From positions 1 to 64,000 of the IMG/VR virus record IMGVR_UViG_3300046665_000361: a stretch of DNA of 64,000 nt; one strand, 5' to 3'. This document shows, piece after piece, positions 28,489 through 36,795 of this stretch. The DNA is from a virus. Position numbers and translations under genes: made by a program. Within the stretch, counting starts at the first letter, position 1, and each line of letters opens with the position of its first letter. The notes beneath the pieces were generated by a model. The model was not told where the DNA came from. It saw nothing but the letters and a program-made list of their open reading frames with translations, and did no database searches.

Positions 28489-28689
28489 ATGAGCCAAATC
28501 ACTTCCAACGAAATGAAGAACCTCGTGCCTATCGCGACGGCCATTGCGCTGATCAGCGATATCGCGCTCGAGGTCATCGGTAACGATGTCGCTGCCGTGA
28601 TCGATGGTGAGAAAATCACCCAGTCGAACGTCAAGGTTCTGGCTGCGGCAACCCTCAACAAACTGCTGAGCGAGAAATGCGATGCTTGA
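28489..28689 (+). CDS. Small hypothetical protein (66 aa)
   Basis: Start at ATG 28489 (GGAG upstream); overlaps the start of the next gene. Confidence 0.7.
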   Translation: MSQITSNEMKNLVPIATAIALISDIALEVIGNDVAAVIDGEKITQSNVKVLAAATLNKLLSEKCDA

Positions 28690-30073
28690 TCCCAAAGCTA
28701 TTTCGGTCGCCATTGCGCTGACCCAGGACTACAGCAATCGCGGTATCAGCATCAGCTGCGTACCTGATACGCCGATGTCGATGATCTGCCGTGAGACTCC
28801 GATGGATGGCGTCTTGATTCCGGAGAAGTTCGATTTCGAATCCGGTTCGAAGATGCTGCTCGAGCTCAGCCGTTGTCCAGAACATGCTGCTGCGTTTGCC
28901 GAGATCAAGATTCTCGCCATCGGCGGTGTTCGTAACACCCTGGACTTCACCCGCAATACGGTGAACCCACACATCCGCAAAGTTATCGATGCTTATGCTG
29001 CGGTAATGGAAGGTAGCGATATCGTCCCTCTGCCGTACAACGTCGAGTACTACTACCTGCCTGAAGTGTTCCAACACAGCGCCGGCCGCGAGTACGTTGA
29101 AGGTTGGGAGAACTCTCCTCAGGTGTCTTCTCCAGGTTTGGTCAATCTCGGCGCCTACGAGTTTTCGGAGATCGAATCTCTGGCCAAGTTGACTGACGAC
29201 GGTGGCTTCAACGATCTGCTGGCAGAACTGCTGGCTGATGACGATAGCGCTGGTTACAAGGCTATCTACGAAGTCCTGTCGGGCCGTACTGACGTCAACA
29301 ACATCGACGTCAACTTCACCCTGCCACTGGCCATCGTTGTGCGTAACATCGAAGTGCCTAAGCAAGGCGTCACGATGAATGCTGAGCAATACGGCATGAA
29401 CCGTAGCCTGGTCGCTAACGTCGCTGCCAAGCGCGCCCTGAAGACCATCATCCAGAACTCCCATTCGACCAACACCATGGCTCTGTACCGCGGTGCTGAA
29501 CGCGCTACCAACGGCGTGATCAAGGTCAATGGCGATGTCTACAGCGAAATGCTGGATCGTGGCCTGACCATCGAAGCACTGATCGGTAACGAAATCGTCG
29601 GCCGTAAGTTCTACGGTAAGGAATTGCTCGAAGTCACCAACATCGAGTTCCTGACCGAAGCCTACGAGCGTGATCGTGCTGTGCGTCAACGTGCCCATGT
29701 GGCTGACCTGCAACGTCGTTCCCGTCAGGCGATTCAATCGACCCTGCGCGATGACCTGAACCAGATCGCCACTGCCGGTAACTTCGTTATCGAAACCGAC
29801 AGCCAAGAGAAGGCCTGGAGCCGTCTGCGTTCGTTCATGGATTCGCTCTTCAAGAACGAGTTCGCGAACTACGAGCCGACTTCCGTCATTGCGGCTGCCG
29901 TCTGTTACGTCTGGTACTCGCACACCGATGCGGCGCGTTTCATCGACATCCTGTTCGATGTCGAAAGCCGTAACAAGGGCATGGACAAGAAAGAGCTGGC
30001 CACTCTGGCCACTCTGCAATATCTCTGCTCGTGGGTGCTGAGTCAGCTGACCTGCTCCAAACCAGACGCTTAA
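28682..30073 (+). CDS. Virion/head protein (phiKZ gp177-like)
   Basis: 463 aa with strongly biased codons; FTRNTVNP.I, IKVNGDVY..ML..G.TIEALIG motifs; conserved position between the vRNAP and protease genes. Confidence 0.65.
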   Translation: MLDPKAISVAIALTQDYSNRGISISCVPDTPMSMICRETPMDGVLIPEKFDFESGSKMLLELSRCPEHAAAFAEIKILAIGGVRNTLDFTRNTVNPHIRKVIDAYAAVMEGSDIVPLPYNVEYYYLPEVFQHSAGREYVEGWENSPQVSSPGLVNLGAYEFSEIESLAKLTDDGGFNDLLAELLADDDSAGYKAIYEVLSGRTDVNNIDVNFTLPLAIVVRNIEVPKQGVTMNAEQYGMNRSLVANVAAKRALKTIIQNSHSTNTMALYRGAERATNGVIKVNGDVYSEMLDRGLTIEALIGNEIVGRKFYGKELLEVTNIEFLTEAYERDRAVRQRAHVADLQRRSRQAIQSTLRDDLNQIATAGNFVIETDSQEKAWSRLRSFMDSLFKNEFANYEPTSVIAAAVCYVWYSHTDAARFIDILFDVESRNKGMDKKELATLATLQYLCSWVLSQLTCSKPDA

Positions 30074-30088
30074 TCATCGAGGTGGCTC

Positions 30089-30811
30089 ATGCAGTCGAGT
30101 ATTTTCAAACGCGACAAGGCACGGGTCAATCGAGCATTCAAGAAGGCTGGTGATTCATTGATCGCTTTGGAGCCGCTTCGGATTCATATCCCGGAACGGT
30201 TCCTTGAGCGTGATCTTGCTGTGATCGAGGATGTCTCGTACATCCTTGGTTGCTATGCAATCATTACTGAGGACAACTATTACGCACCTACACTCGTCCC
30301 AGCCATGCTCAAGACTGAGTTCGATCGCATTGGTCGTACTGTAATCAACGATGTTGGTTATGTCGAGTTGGCTTTCGATAAGGGTTCGAAGATCGTTGCT
30401 TCAACCAACCCCGTAGTGCTGGATAACCTGCCCCACCGTATTTATACCGAGTTCCACGGTAAAGGTCGCATTCCGTGGTATTACGACAAAGATGACCTGC
30501 CCTTCGTCTTTGCACAATCGCCGAAATACAATGGTGTGACATTAGGCGCCGATCCTGCCATCTGGGAATACGTTTCTGCTTCCCTGTGTCGAGATCCGGA
30601 TGATCCTACTCGTTACTTCCGTCAAATTCCAAACTCCAAGGCTATTTCGAAAACCAAGGAACCTTACTTCGTGGCTTTACGTAACGTAAGCTTCGGTAGT
30701 ACGAACGTGACATCCAAGTTGGGTGGATCGTACGCTGACCCAGGTTTGACCAGTGCGCTGGCTAACCCGTCTGAAAGGCCTGAACGTTTCGAATCGGTAT
30801 TGAGGGCATAA
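30089..30811 (+). CDS. Probable small vRNAP subunit, beta' C-terminal fragment (phiKZ gp176-like)
   Basis: C-terminal FVALRNVSFGSTNVTSKLGGSY..GLTSAL resembles RpoC region H (LLGITKASL.T.SFISAASFQ.T..LT.AA); synteny. Confidence 0.6.
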   Translation: MQSSIFKRDKARVNRAFKKAGDSLIALEPLRIHIPERFLERDLAVIEDVSYILGCYAIITEDNYYAPTLVPAMLKTEFDRIGRTVINDVGYVELAFDKGSKIVASTNPVVLDNLPHRIYTEFHGKGRIPWYYDKDDLPFVFAQSPKYNGVTLGADPAIWEYVSASLCRDPDDPTRYFRQIPNSKAISKTKEPYFVALRNVSFGSTNVTSKLGGSYADPGLTSALANPSERPERFESVLRA

Positions 30812-30822
30812 AGGACATCATC

Positions 30823-31617
30823 ATGGCTAGTGCCGCTATTGCCACCTCTCCCTCCATGTCGTACGGTAACATTGCGTTACCTTCCAGCGGCAAACAGGGT
30901 ATCTTGAAAAAGCTTGACTCCGGCTATGTCGAAATCATTCTCGGCGCGTTTGGAACCTTTGGAAATGGCGACTGGCTGTACGACACCGCTTCAGCGATGA
31001 AGGTGTTCAACAGCGATCCCGATTTCCGTCGGATGCTCGAAGCTGGGCGTCTGAAAAGTGAGTGGGGTCATCCAGTTCGTCCACCTGGCCTTACTGATGC
31101 TGAGTGGTTCATTCGGATCTGTACGATCTACGAGCCAAACGTTTCCTCGCACATCCGCCGGGTGACTCCGTCGTTCGACACCATCGTTGATGCTAAGGGC
31201 CGTAAGGTCGTTGCTATCATCGGTGAAGTGAAAGGGTCTGGTCCACATTCTCGTGAATTCAACGAGTCTCTGGAGAACCCTCACGAAGACGTGAACTACT
31301 CCATCCGTTGCTTTGCCGAGAAGAACTTCTCCAACTCGACGAAGTACATGAAGAAGATCGTCAACTGGGACAGCGTAACTGACCCCGGCGTGCCGATTGC
31401 CAACAAATACGCCACACCGAGCATGGAATCTCGTTTCCAAGTGGCGCGGATGTTGGATGAAGCCGAGTTCGATCTGGACCGTATTCGTGAAGGTCTGATC
31501 ACTCCGTCTAACGACGAGAGCTTCGAATCTTCTGCAAAACCTGCTCGCGCTATTTTCCAATCGCTCTACGAGAGCACCACCACTCGCATTGCGATGCCAG
31601 CTGCTCTTGCCTGGTAA
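30823..31617 (+). CDS. Prohead maturation serine protease (phiKZ gp175-like)
   Basis: SEWGHP (His), VNYSIR (Ser), NWDSVTDPG; C-terminal SMES/SFES candidate self-cleavage sites. Confidence 0.85.
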   Translation: MASAAIATSPSMSYGNIALPSSGKQGILKKLDSGYVEIILGAFGTFGNGDWLYDTASAMKVFNSDPDFRRMLEAGRLKSEWGHPVRPPGLTDAEWFIRICTIYEPNVSSHIRRVTPSFDTIVDAKGRKVVAIIGEVKGSGPHSREFNESLENPHEDVNYSIRCFAEKNFSNSTKYMKKIVNWDSVTDPGVPIANKYATPSMESRFQVARMLDEAEFDLDRIREGLITPSNDESFESSAKPARAIFQSLYESTTTRIAMPAALAW

Positions 31618-31641
31618 CCGCTAACGCCAAGGAATGTTTCC

Positions 31642-33057
31642 ATGTTCAATAACGATTTGCTGAACTACGCCACCGAATCTGGCGTTGTAGAAGAAGAGCA
31701 GGTTAGCGGTCAGAACGACGCGCTGGTCGATGTGTTGGTAAACGAAGCTGCCTCGTCGCCTTCTGAAACCGTTACTTCGGTAATGGATCAGGCTGAATCG
31801 ACTGCTGAAGTGGCCGAACAGCTGGAAGACCTGGCTGATCGTGCTGAAGCTGTGGCTGAGAAGGCCCAGGAAGCTGCTCAGGGCACCGGCGTCGTACCTG
31901 CCGATGTGGTGGTAGCCACTGAGAGCATGCACCGCGAATACGCGACTGTGATGCGTGCTTACAAATTGGTCATGCCTGCAACCAGTTTCGAAGCGGCTGG
32001 TAGTGACTACGAACGTCTGCGCGGTATTGCTACCGATGCTCGCCGTACTGCCAACCTCGCTCGCGGTAGCCGTGATGCGATGCTCGACTACAGCGAAGAA
32101 GGTGCGCTGCTGTCCTTCATTCGTCGTGATGCTTCGAAGCTCGATACCGCTCGTCAAGCCCTGGGCACAGCGGGCAGTAATCTTCAGCGCCATATCGACA
32201 ACGTTCGTGAAAAACCGGTCGGCATCAAGAACATGGCGTTTGCCCGGTTCATGACTCGCGAAGGTCAGCCGGTGAAAGATCTTCCTCGAGCTTTGACCGA
32301 AGAAGCTACTTATCTCGGTAAAGTGCACGATGCGGCGCAGGCCGGTGCTGTAGCGCTGGGCGCAATGGCTGATCAGCTGGCTGGCGGTGCTCCAGTTACC
32401 ACGTTGATCAACCGCGCCAATATTTTTGGCGCGCTGAGTCAGCTCGAAACGAACCAAGGTCAGCTGATGGGTAACTTCAGCTTCCGGATCAATAGTGGCA
32501 ACAACACCATGCCTGGTGTCAGCGCTCCAAAGTTCTCCCGAGTCAGCGAGAACAAAGTCAATGGTAAAGACATTGTCTGGGGCATTATCGGTGCGTACGG
32601 CGGCGCTTTCCTCGGTTATAACGCTGGTGCGCTGGTTGTACTCGGCGGTGTTATGGCCGGGATTGCGGTGCCATTGTCGCTGATTACTGCTGCCACAATC
32701 GGCGGCACGGCGGCGCTTAGTAAAGCGACTTACAACAGCTCCGCTGACCACACCGAAGTTAAATCTCAGGCTGGCGTCAAAGATCTCCAAACGAGTATCA
32801 ATCTCGTACTGGGCTTCCGTCGTTACCTGGATTACAAAGTCGACTCCGATACCATCCAGGCCAAGATCAAAGCTGCGCGCGGTGCCGGCAAGAGTTTGGC
32901 TGGGGAAGATCGTAAGCTGCACAACTCGGCATGCGACGAGATGGAAACGAGTCTCTCTCGTCTTGTCAGGTTGGCAGAGTTGGTGTACGAACAAGCGTTC
33001 TATGACACCACCATGCTGGCTGCTCTGGTCGATGGTCTGGTTAACCGGTCGCATTGA
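31642..33057 (+). CDS. Internal head protein with acidic propeptide and glycine-zipper hydrophobic segments
   Basis: 471 aa; ATES (twice), SFEA and SEEG sites in the N-terminal third; ~45-aa G/A-rich hydrophobic stretch; follows the protease gene. Confidence 0.6.
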   Translation: MFNNDLLNYATESGVVEEEQVSGQNDALVDVLVNEAASSPSETVTSVMDQAESTAEVAEQLEDLADRAEAVAEKAQEAAQGTGVVPADVVVATESMHREYATVMRAYKLVMPATSFEAAGSDYERLRGIATDARRTANLARGSRDAMLDYSEEGALLSFIRRDASKLDTARQALGTAGSNLQRHIDNVREKPVGIKNMAFARFMTREGQPVKDLPRALTEEATYLGKVHDAAQAGAVALGAMADQLAGGAPVTTLINRANIFGALSQLETNQGQLMGNFSFRINSGNNTMPGVSAPKFSRVSENKVNGKDIVWGIIGAYGGAFLGYNAGALVVLGGVMAGIAVPLSLITAATIGGTAALSKATYNSSADHTEVKSQAGVKDLQTSINLVLGFRRYLDYKVDSDTIQAKIKAARGAGKSLAGEDRKLHNSACDEMETSLSRLVRLAELVYEQAFYDTTMLAALVDGLVNRSH

Positions 33058-33063
33058 TAATAC

Positions 33064-33100
33064 CCACCTACTGGCCGCAAGGCCAGTAGGTGGTCTATGT
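33064..33100 (+). terminator. Hairpin followed by TATGTC
   Basis: CCACCTACTGGCC-GCAA-GGCCAGTAGGTGG then TCTATGTCG. Confidence 0.7.
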
Positions 33101-33117
33101 CGTAAATATTCGTAATC

Positions 33118-33139
33118 AAAAAAGTTACAGTCATACATT
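33118..33139 (+). promoter_or_regulatory. Putative phage early promoter
   Basis: AAAAAAGTTACAGTCATACATT; 15-nt core identical to the copy at 528-542. Confidence 0.65.
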
Positions 33140-33181
33140 GTTGGCATGAATACAAACAACATATCGACCGAGGAGGTCACC

Positions 33182-33466
33182 ATGCAAACTCTTATCACTC
33201 GTCCAACCATCGCTGACGTTACTAACCTCAACGACATGGTCGCTTACCTGTGCCTCGAAATCAAGAGCGCTAAGGATAAGCAAGAAGCGCTGTTCAAGAA
33301 AGCTCTGGTTACTCAGTGCTTCTACAAGCGTACCGAACTGCTGGCTATGATCGATAACCTGAATGTCCAGGAAACCGATCTGACCAAGCACATGCATTCC
33401 GTGCACTACCAAGCACTGGAAGTAATGGGCGACGACGACTTCGTTGTCGCTCTGTTGGCTGCTTAA
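33182..33466 (+). CDS. Small early hypothetical protein (94 aa)
   Basis: GAGGAGG SD places the start at ATG 33182 (MQTLITRPT...). Confidence 0.8.
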   Translation: MQTLITRPTIADVTNLNDMVAYLCLEIKSAKDKQEALFKKALVTQCFYKRTELLAMIDNLNVQETDLTKHMHSVHYQALEVMGDDDFVVALLAA

Positions 33467-33497
33467 TCAATCTCGACCAACGACCTAGGAGGTCACT

Positions 33498-33959
33498 ATG
33501 AACCGCACTACTCATTCTCTGTTCATCGAAATGTTCGACGCTATCACTGTTGAACTCCCTTACAATCATGACACCATGCCGAACGAAACCAATTACTTCA
33601 ACGGCCTGGTGGATCTGGACCTCGGCCTGGAAGTCGGTGAGCGCTTCAAGATCAAAACTGCTCCCGGCAATGACCGCAAGATCATTGGCGTCGTTACCCC
33701 AGTCGGTAATCTGGTGTTCTTTGAACGCTTCACCAACGGCGAATCCGGTGTCGTGATCATCCAGCCGAGTGACAATCTGCGCGGTATCGCATCTACCGGT
33801 TCGTCTACTGTCGAACAGCTGGATTCACTGATGGGCGGTGTCGGTAATTACAACAACATCGGCAAGACCCTGAAGCGCATTATCACCATCTACAATAAAC
33901 GTGAGAGTGCTGCCGAAGAGCTGCCTAACGGCCCGGATACTTTCCGCGCCAGCGAGTAA
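33498..33959 (+). CDS. Early hypothetical protein
   Basis: 153 aa, AGGAGG SD; RKIIGVVTPVGNLVFFERF motif. Confidence 0.8.
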   Translation: MNRTTHSLFIEMFDAITVELPYNHDTMPNETNYFNGLVDLDLGLEVGERFKIKTAPGNDRKIIGVVTPVGNLVFFERFTNGESGVVIIQPSDNLRGIASTGSSTVEQLDSLMGGVGNYNNIGKTLKRIITIYNKRESAAEELPNGPDTFRASE

Positions 33960-34043
33960 GCTTCAAACAAACAAATTTCAATCACACATAGTCTACTTGA
34001 ATACACAACCGTGTTCGACTAATTACATTCTGGAGTATTACGC

Positions 34044-34283
34044 ATGTCCGGTGAAGTCCTGGTAACTGTTGCTAAAGCTGGTAGCCTGCTGAGCAAAGCC
34101 AAAGCCCTCGCATCCGCCCATCCTGTTGCAGCCGGTGCTGTAGCCGCTCTGGGTCTCACTGCTGTCGTTGCCGGCAGCTGGTGGGGTGCCAAGAAAGCCT
34201 TCGGCGATAAGCCCGCCGCAGCGCCTGCTGCTAAACCTGCGGAACCTGTGAAACCGGCCGAGCCTGCTCAGCCAGCGTCTTAA
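34044..34283 (+). CDS. Small membrane protein with Pro/Ala-rich tail
   Basis: 79 aa, GGAG SD; hydrophobic PVAAGAVAALGLTAVVAGSWWG, then KPAAAPAAKPAEPVKPAEPAQPAS. Confidence 0.8.
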   Translation: MSGEVLVTVAKAGSLLSKAKALASAHPVAAGAVAALGLTAVVAGSWWGAKKAFGDKPAAAPAAKPAEPVKPAEPAQPAS

Positions 34284-34296
34284 CAGACACAAGGAT

Positions 34297-34335
34297 CAGC
34301 TGGGCGCAAGCCCAGCTGTATCCATTTCTTTTTTT
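34297..34335 (+). terminator. Hairpin terminator with displaced U-tract
   Basis: CAGCTGGGC-GCAA-GCCCAGCTG, 10-nt spacer ending in TTC, then T7. Confidence 0.75.
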
Positions 34336-34339
34336 ATTC

Positions 34340-34364
34340 AAAAGGTTTTACAGTCACACATTAC
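34340..34364 (+). promoter_or_regulatory. Putative phage early promoter
   Basis: AAAAGGTTTTACAGTCACACATTAC, one mismatch to the core at 524-542. Confidence 0.65.
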
Positions 34365-34471
34365 AATGGTGACATAGCGTCTCACCTAGAGTCAGTTGAG
34401 TAAATACTTACACAGCTAGGCTCTCATGTGAAAGAATTGTTCACCCACCCACGATGTAAGGAATGCCTTTC

Positions 34472-34930
34472 ATGGCCAAAGAAATCTCCCCCGAGACCAA
34501 AAGCTTCGCTGACGATCTGGAAGCTGACGGTACTGTCAACTCCGATACCGGTCATAGCGAAACCCCGAACTTCAAGACCATCGCCGAGAAGCACCTGCCG
34601 GCTGGCCTGACTTTTGAACTGCTCGAAGCTGCTCACGACTTCACCATCACTGCCGGCGTTGCTAACACCCTGGCGGCGGGTAACCTGCTGAAGAAAGCCA
34701 TGGTTGCTAACTCCGGCCTGGAAAGCGGCACGCTGAAAAACAACCTGGGCTTTGCTGCACTGGAAACCAGTTACACCCGTCGCAAAAGCGGCAAGGTCGG
34801 TGAGAAGGAATGGACCCGCTACGGCGTGGCCAAAACCGACATCGTCATGGGCACCGGTCGCAAGAAGGCTCAGCTGAACGCCGTCTACACGCACCTGTCC
34901 GAAGAAGCCGAGTCCGTCTTCAGCAACTAA
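34472..34930 (+). CDS. Hypothetical protein, probably highly expressed
   Basis: 152 aa from ATG 34472 (alternative start 34463); strongly C-ending codons; own promoter and double downstream hairpin. Confidence 0.8.
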   Translation: MAKEISPETKSFADDLEADGTVNSDTGHSETPNFKTIAEKHLPAGLTFELLEAAHDFTITAGVANTLAAGNLLKKAMVANSGLESGTLKNNLGFAALETSYTRRKSGKVGEKEWTRYGVAKTDIVMGTGRKKAQLNAVYTHLSEEAESVFSN

Positions 34931-34940
34931 TGCCTGGCGC

Positions 34941-35010
34941 CTGTCGAGGGTGGGCCGATCTCTCGACAGTAGTCGACATCATACAGCGGGGCCTCGTGCT
35001 CCGCTGTATG
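34941..35010 (+). terminator. Two tandem hairpins, the second of the CATACAG...CTGTATG family
   Basis: CTGTCGAG...CTCGACAG (34941-34969) and CATACAGCGG...CCGCTGTATG (34980-35010). Confidence 0.65.
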
Positions 35011-35041
35011 CTCTATCTTTATTTTGTATTAGGGGTAAATC

Positions 35042-35452
35042 ATGGTAGGCAAGAAAGCAAAAGACTTTGACCGTAAGACTCCCGTTCCTCAATCTCCGCG
35101 CCGAGCGGTCGAGTTGGTTACCATCCACGGTAATGGGGAAACTCTCGCCGCTCTCGAGAAGAACATCTTCGACTCCATCGGCATCCGTGTGGTCATTCGC
35201 ATGGGTTCGACGCTCGAAGTGTTCTCTGACATCGAGAAGTACTTGTCCGATACATTGTCTCTTAATCACAACGTCGGTGAGTTCAGGGCGCTGCTAAGGG
35301 CTATGCTCAAAACGACTATGCACATCGGTAAGCGGGGTCAGGTTCTGAGCAACCATGATATCGTCATGGGAGATATCGTAGTGATTCGTCCTGATGGGCG
35401 AGAAGCTACCGGACAGATGCTGCTCAAGAACGCAGTCTGGGAGAAGAAGTAA
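35042..35452 (+). CDS. Hypothetical protein
   Basis: 136 aa, AGGGG SD; TAATG-coupled to the next gene. Confidence 0.75.
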   Translation: MVGKKAKDFDRKTPVPQSPRRAVELVTIHGNGETLAALEKNIFDSIGIRVVIRMGSTLEVFSDIEKYLSDTLSLNHNVGEFRALLRAMLKTTMHIGKRGQVLSNHDIVMGDIVVIRPDGREATGQMLLKNAVWEKK

Positions 35453-36219
35453 TGTCGCGTTCGTGGTTTACGATGATCGATGAGGAAGTGGCATCACTTC
35501 ATCGATTCAAGATGGTCATACACCCAGTCGGTGAAGTGATCGTCGCCGACGACAATGTGGTCAAACGCCGTACTGGTTCGTTCGGACACTACGAGGTTAC
35601 TGTCTTTGATCGCGGCGATCAATTTTCCTCTACTGAATTTACGGTAGAGGATAAGTCCAATCTTCTACCTCATCTTCTAGGTGGCCGGGGTGTCAAAGAA
35701 CTCGTGGCGGCTGCTGCGGACGATCGGATAAAGACACAGACCCTCATTGACTTTATCGGTGTAGGTCCTCTGGCATTGAGCTTGGGTGTGTTAGGTGCCA
35801 GGGTGGAGTATTGGGATGATGAAAGTCCCGCCACGTCAATCACCAACGTCTACGATGCTGACGAATGTTGTTGGACCTATGTAGATGGTTTACTGCTTGG
35901 TAAGATCCTCAACCAGTGCTTGTGCGGTATGCCTTGGGAGACATTCATCTTCGTCTTCCATTCCATTGAGCATTTAGGTATGCCATTGCCAGAAAACCCC
36001 ATGCGCGATCTTGATAAATCAGACCGTTGGAAGAACCGCATGGCCGCAGTTGCTAAATACGGCGATGGTCCGCTGTACTACATCTGGCACTCTCTTGAAC
36101 ACTACGAGTTGCTAGAACACGGTAGTTCGGCTCCAGGCCACTTAACGGGTAAAGGCGAACATTTCCTCGAATTGATGAAATACGCCATTCTTGAAGAAAT
36201 GAAATCGAGGGATGATTGA
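35452..36219 (+). CDS. Hypothetical protein with two HSxEH motifs
   Basis: 255 aa, coupled at both ends; FHSIEH and WHSLEH. Confidence 0.75.
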   Translation: MSRSWFTMIDEEVASLHRFKMVIHPVGEVIVADDNVVKRRTGSFGHYEVTVFDRGDQFSSTEFTVEDKSNLLPHLLGGRGVKELVAAAADDRIKTQTLIDFIGVGPLALSLGVLGARVEYWDDESPATSITNVYDADECCWTYVDGLLLGKILNQCLCGMPWETFIFVFHSIEHLGMPLPENPMRDLDKSDRWKNRMAAVAKYGDGPLYYIWHSLEHYELLEHGSSAPGHLTGKGEHFLELMKYAILEEMKSRDD

Positions 36220-36736
36220 AATGACAAAGATACTTGTTCATCACGGCCAGATGTTTATCGATAAGACCTGTTCCAAACTAGCCACACTGGCCGATGAAGA
36301 ACATCGGGAAGCGTTCAAGATGAACAGCGCAACGATTTCGCTGCGCCCACCATCTAATCTGTGGGTGGCTAACAATGCCGGTGAGTTTGGGTATTTCGAG
36401 CTGGCAAATCCTGCGTATGGCTACAAGATCCATGTCGTCCTGGTATTCGGTAACGGGAATGCACATTTTCGAATACTGGGTCCTGGAACATTTGATCGGG
36501 AGATGTTTGCGGCATTTGATGCGGCTCCGGTAATGAACACTGATCAGGAGTTTGCCATACTCCGGGACCAGATCCGGTCTGAAGATAAATCATCCATCGT
36601 GCTGCAATTAGGTAGCCATGAAGAGCTTGAACTGGTCACCAACAAGGCGGCGCTCTTTCTCTACAAGTTAGTCCATTACTTCGATCTAATCATCGATGAT
36701 AGTGAGCTTGTAGAGATCGCCAACGCGATCATCTAA
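36212..36736 (+). CDS. Hypothetical protein, paralog of 36796-37302
   Basis: 174 aa; shares DEEHR and LG..EE..LV..KAA.F.Y.L...F.LI.D...L..IA with the next gene. Confidence 0.8.
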   Translation: MIEMTKILVHHGQMFIDKTCSKLATLADEEHREAFKMNSATISLRPPSNLWVANNAGEFGYFELANPAYGYKIHVVLVFGNGNAHFRILGPGTFDREMFAAFDAAPVMNTDQEFAILRDQIRSEDKSSIVLQLGSHEELELVTNKAALFLYKLVHYFDLIIDDSELVEIANAII

Positions 36737-36795
36737 AGACAGGTTCGAAACGACGACGAGTCAAGAAATTGGTTACCTAATCGAGGAGCATTGAG

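Noticed and set aside
36738-36795. tRNA-like GGTTCGAAA in an intergenic gap
   Set aside because: No T-stem pairing, acceptor stem or room for a cloverleaf.
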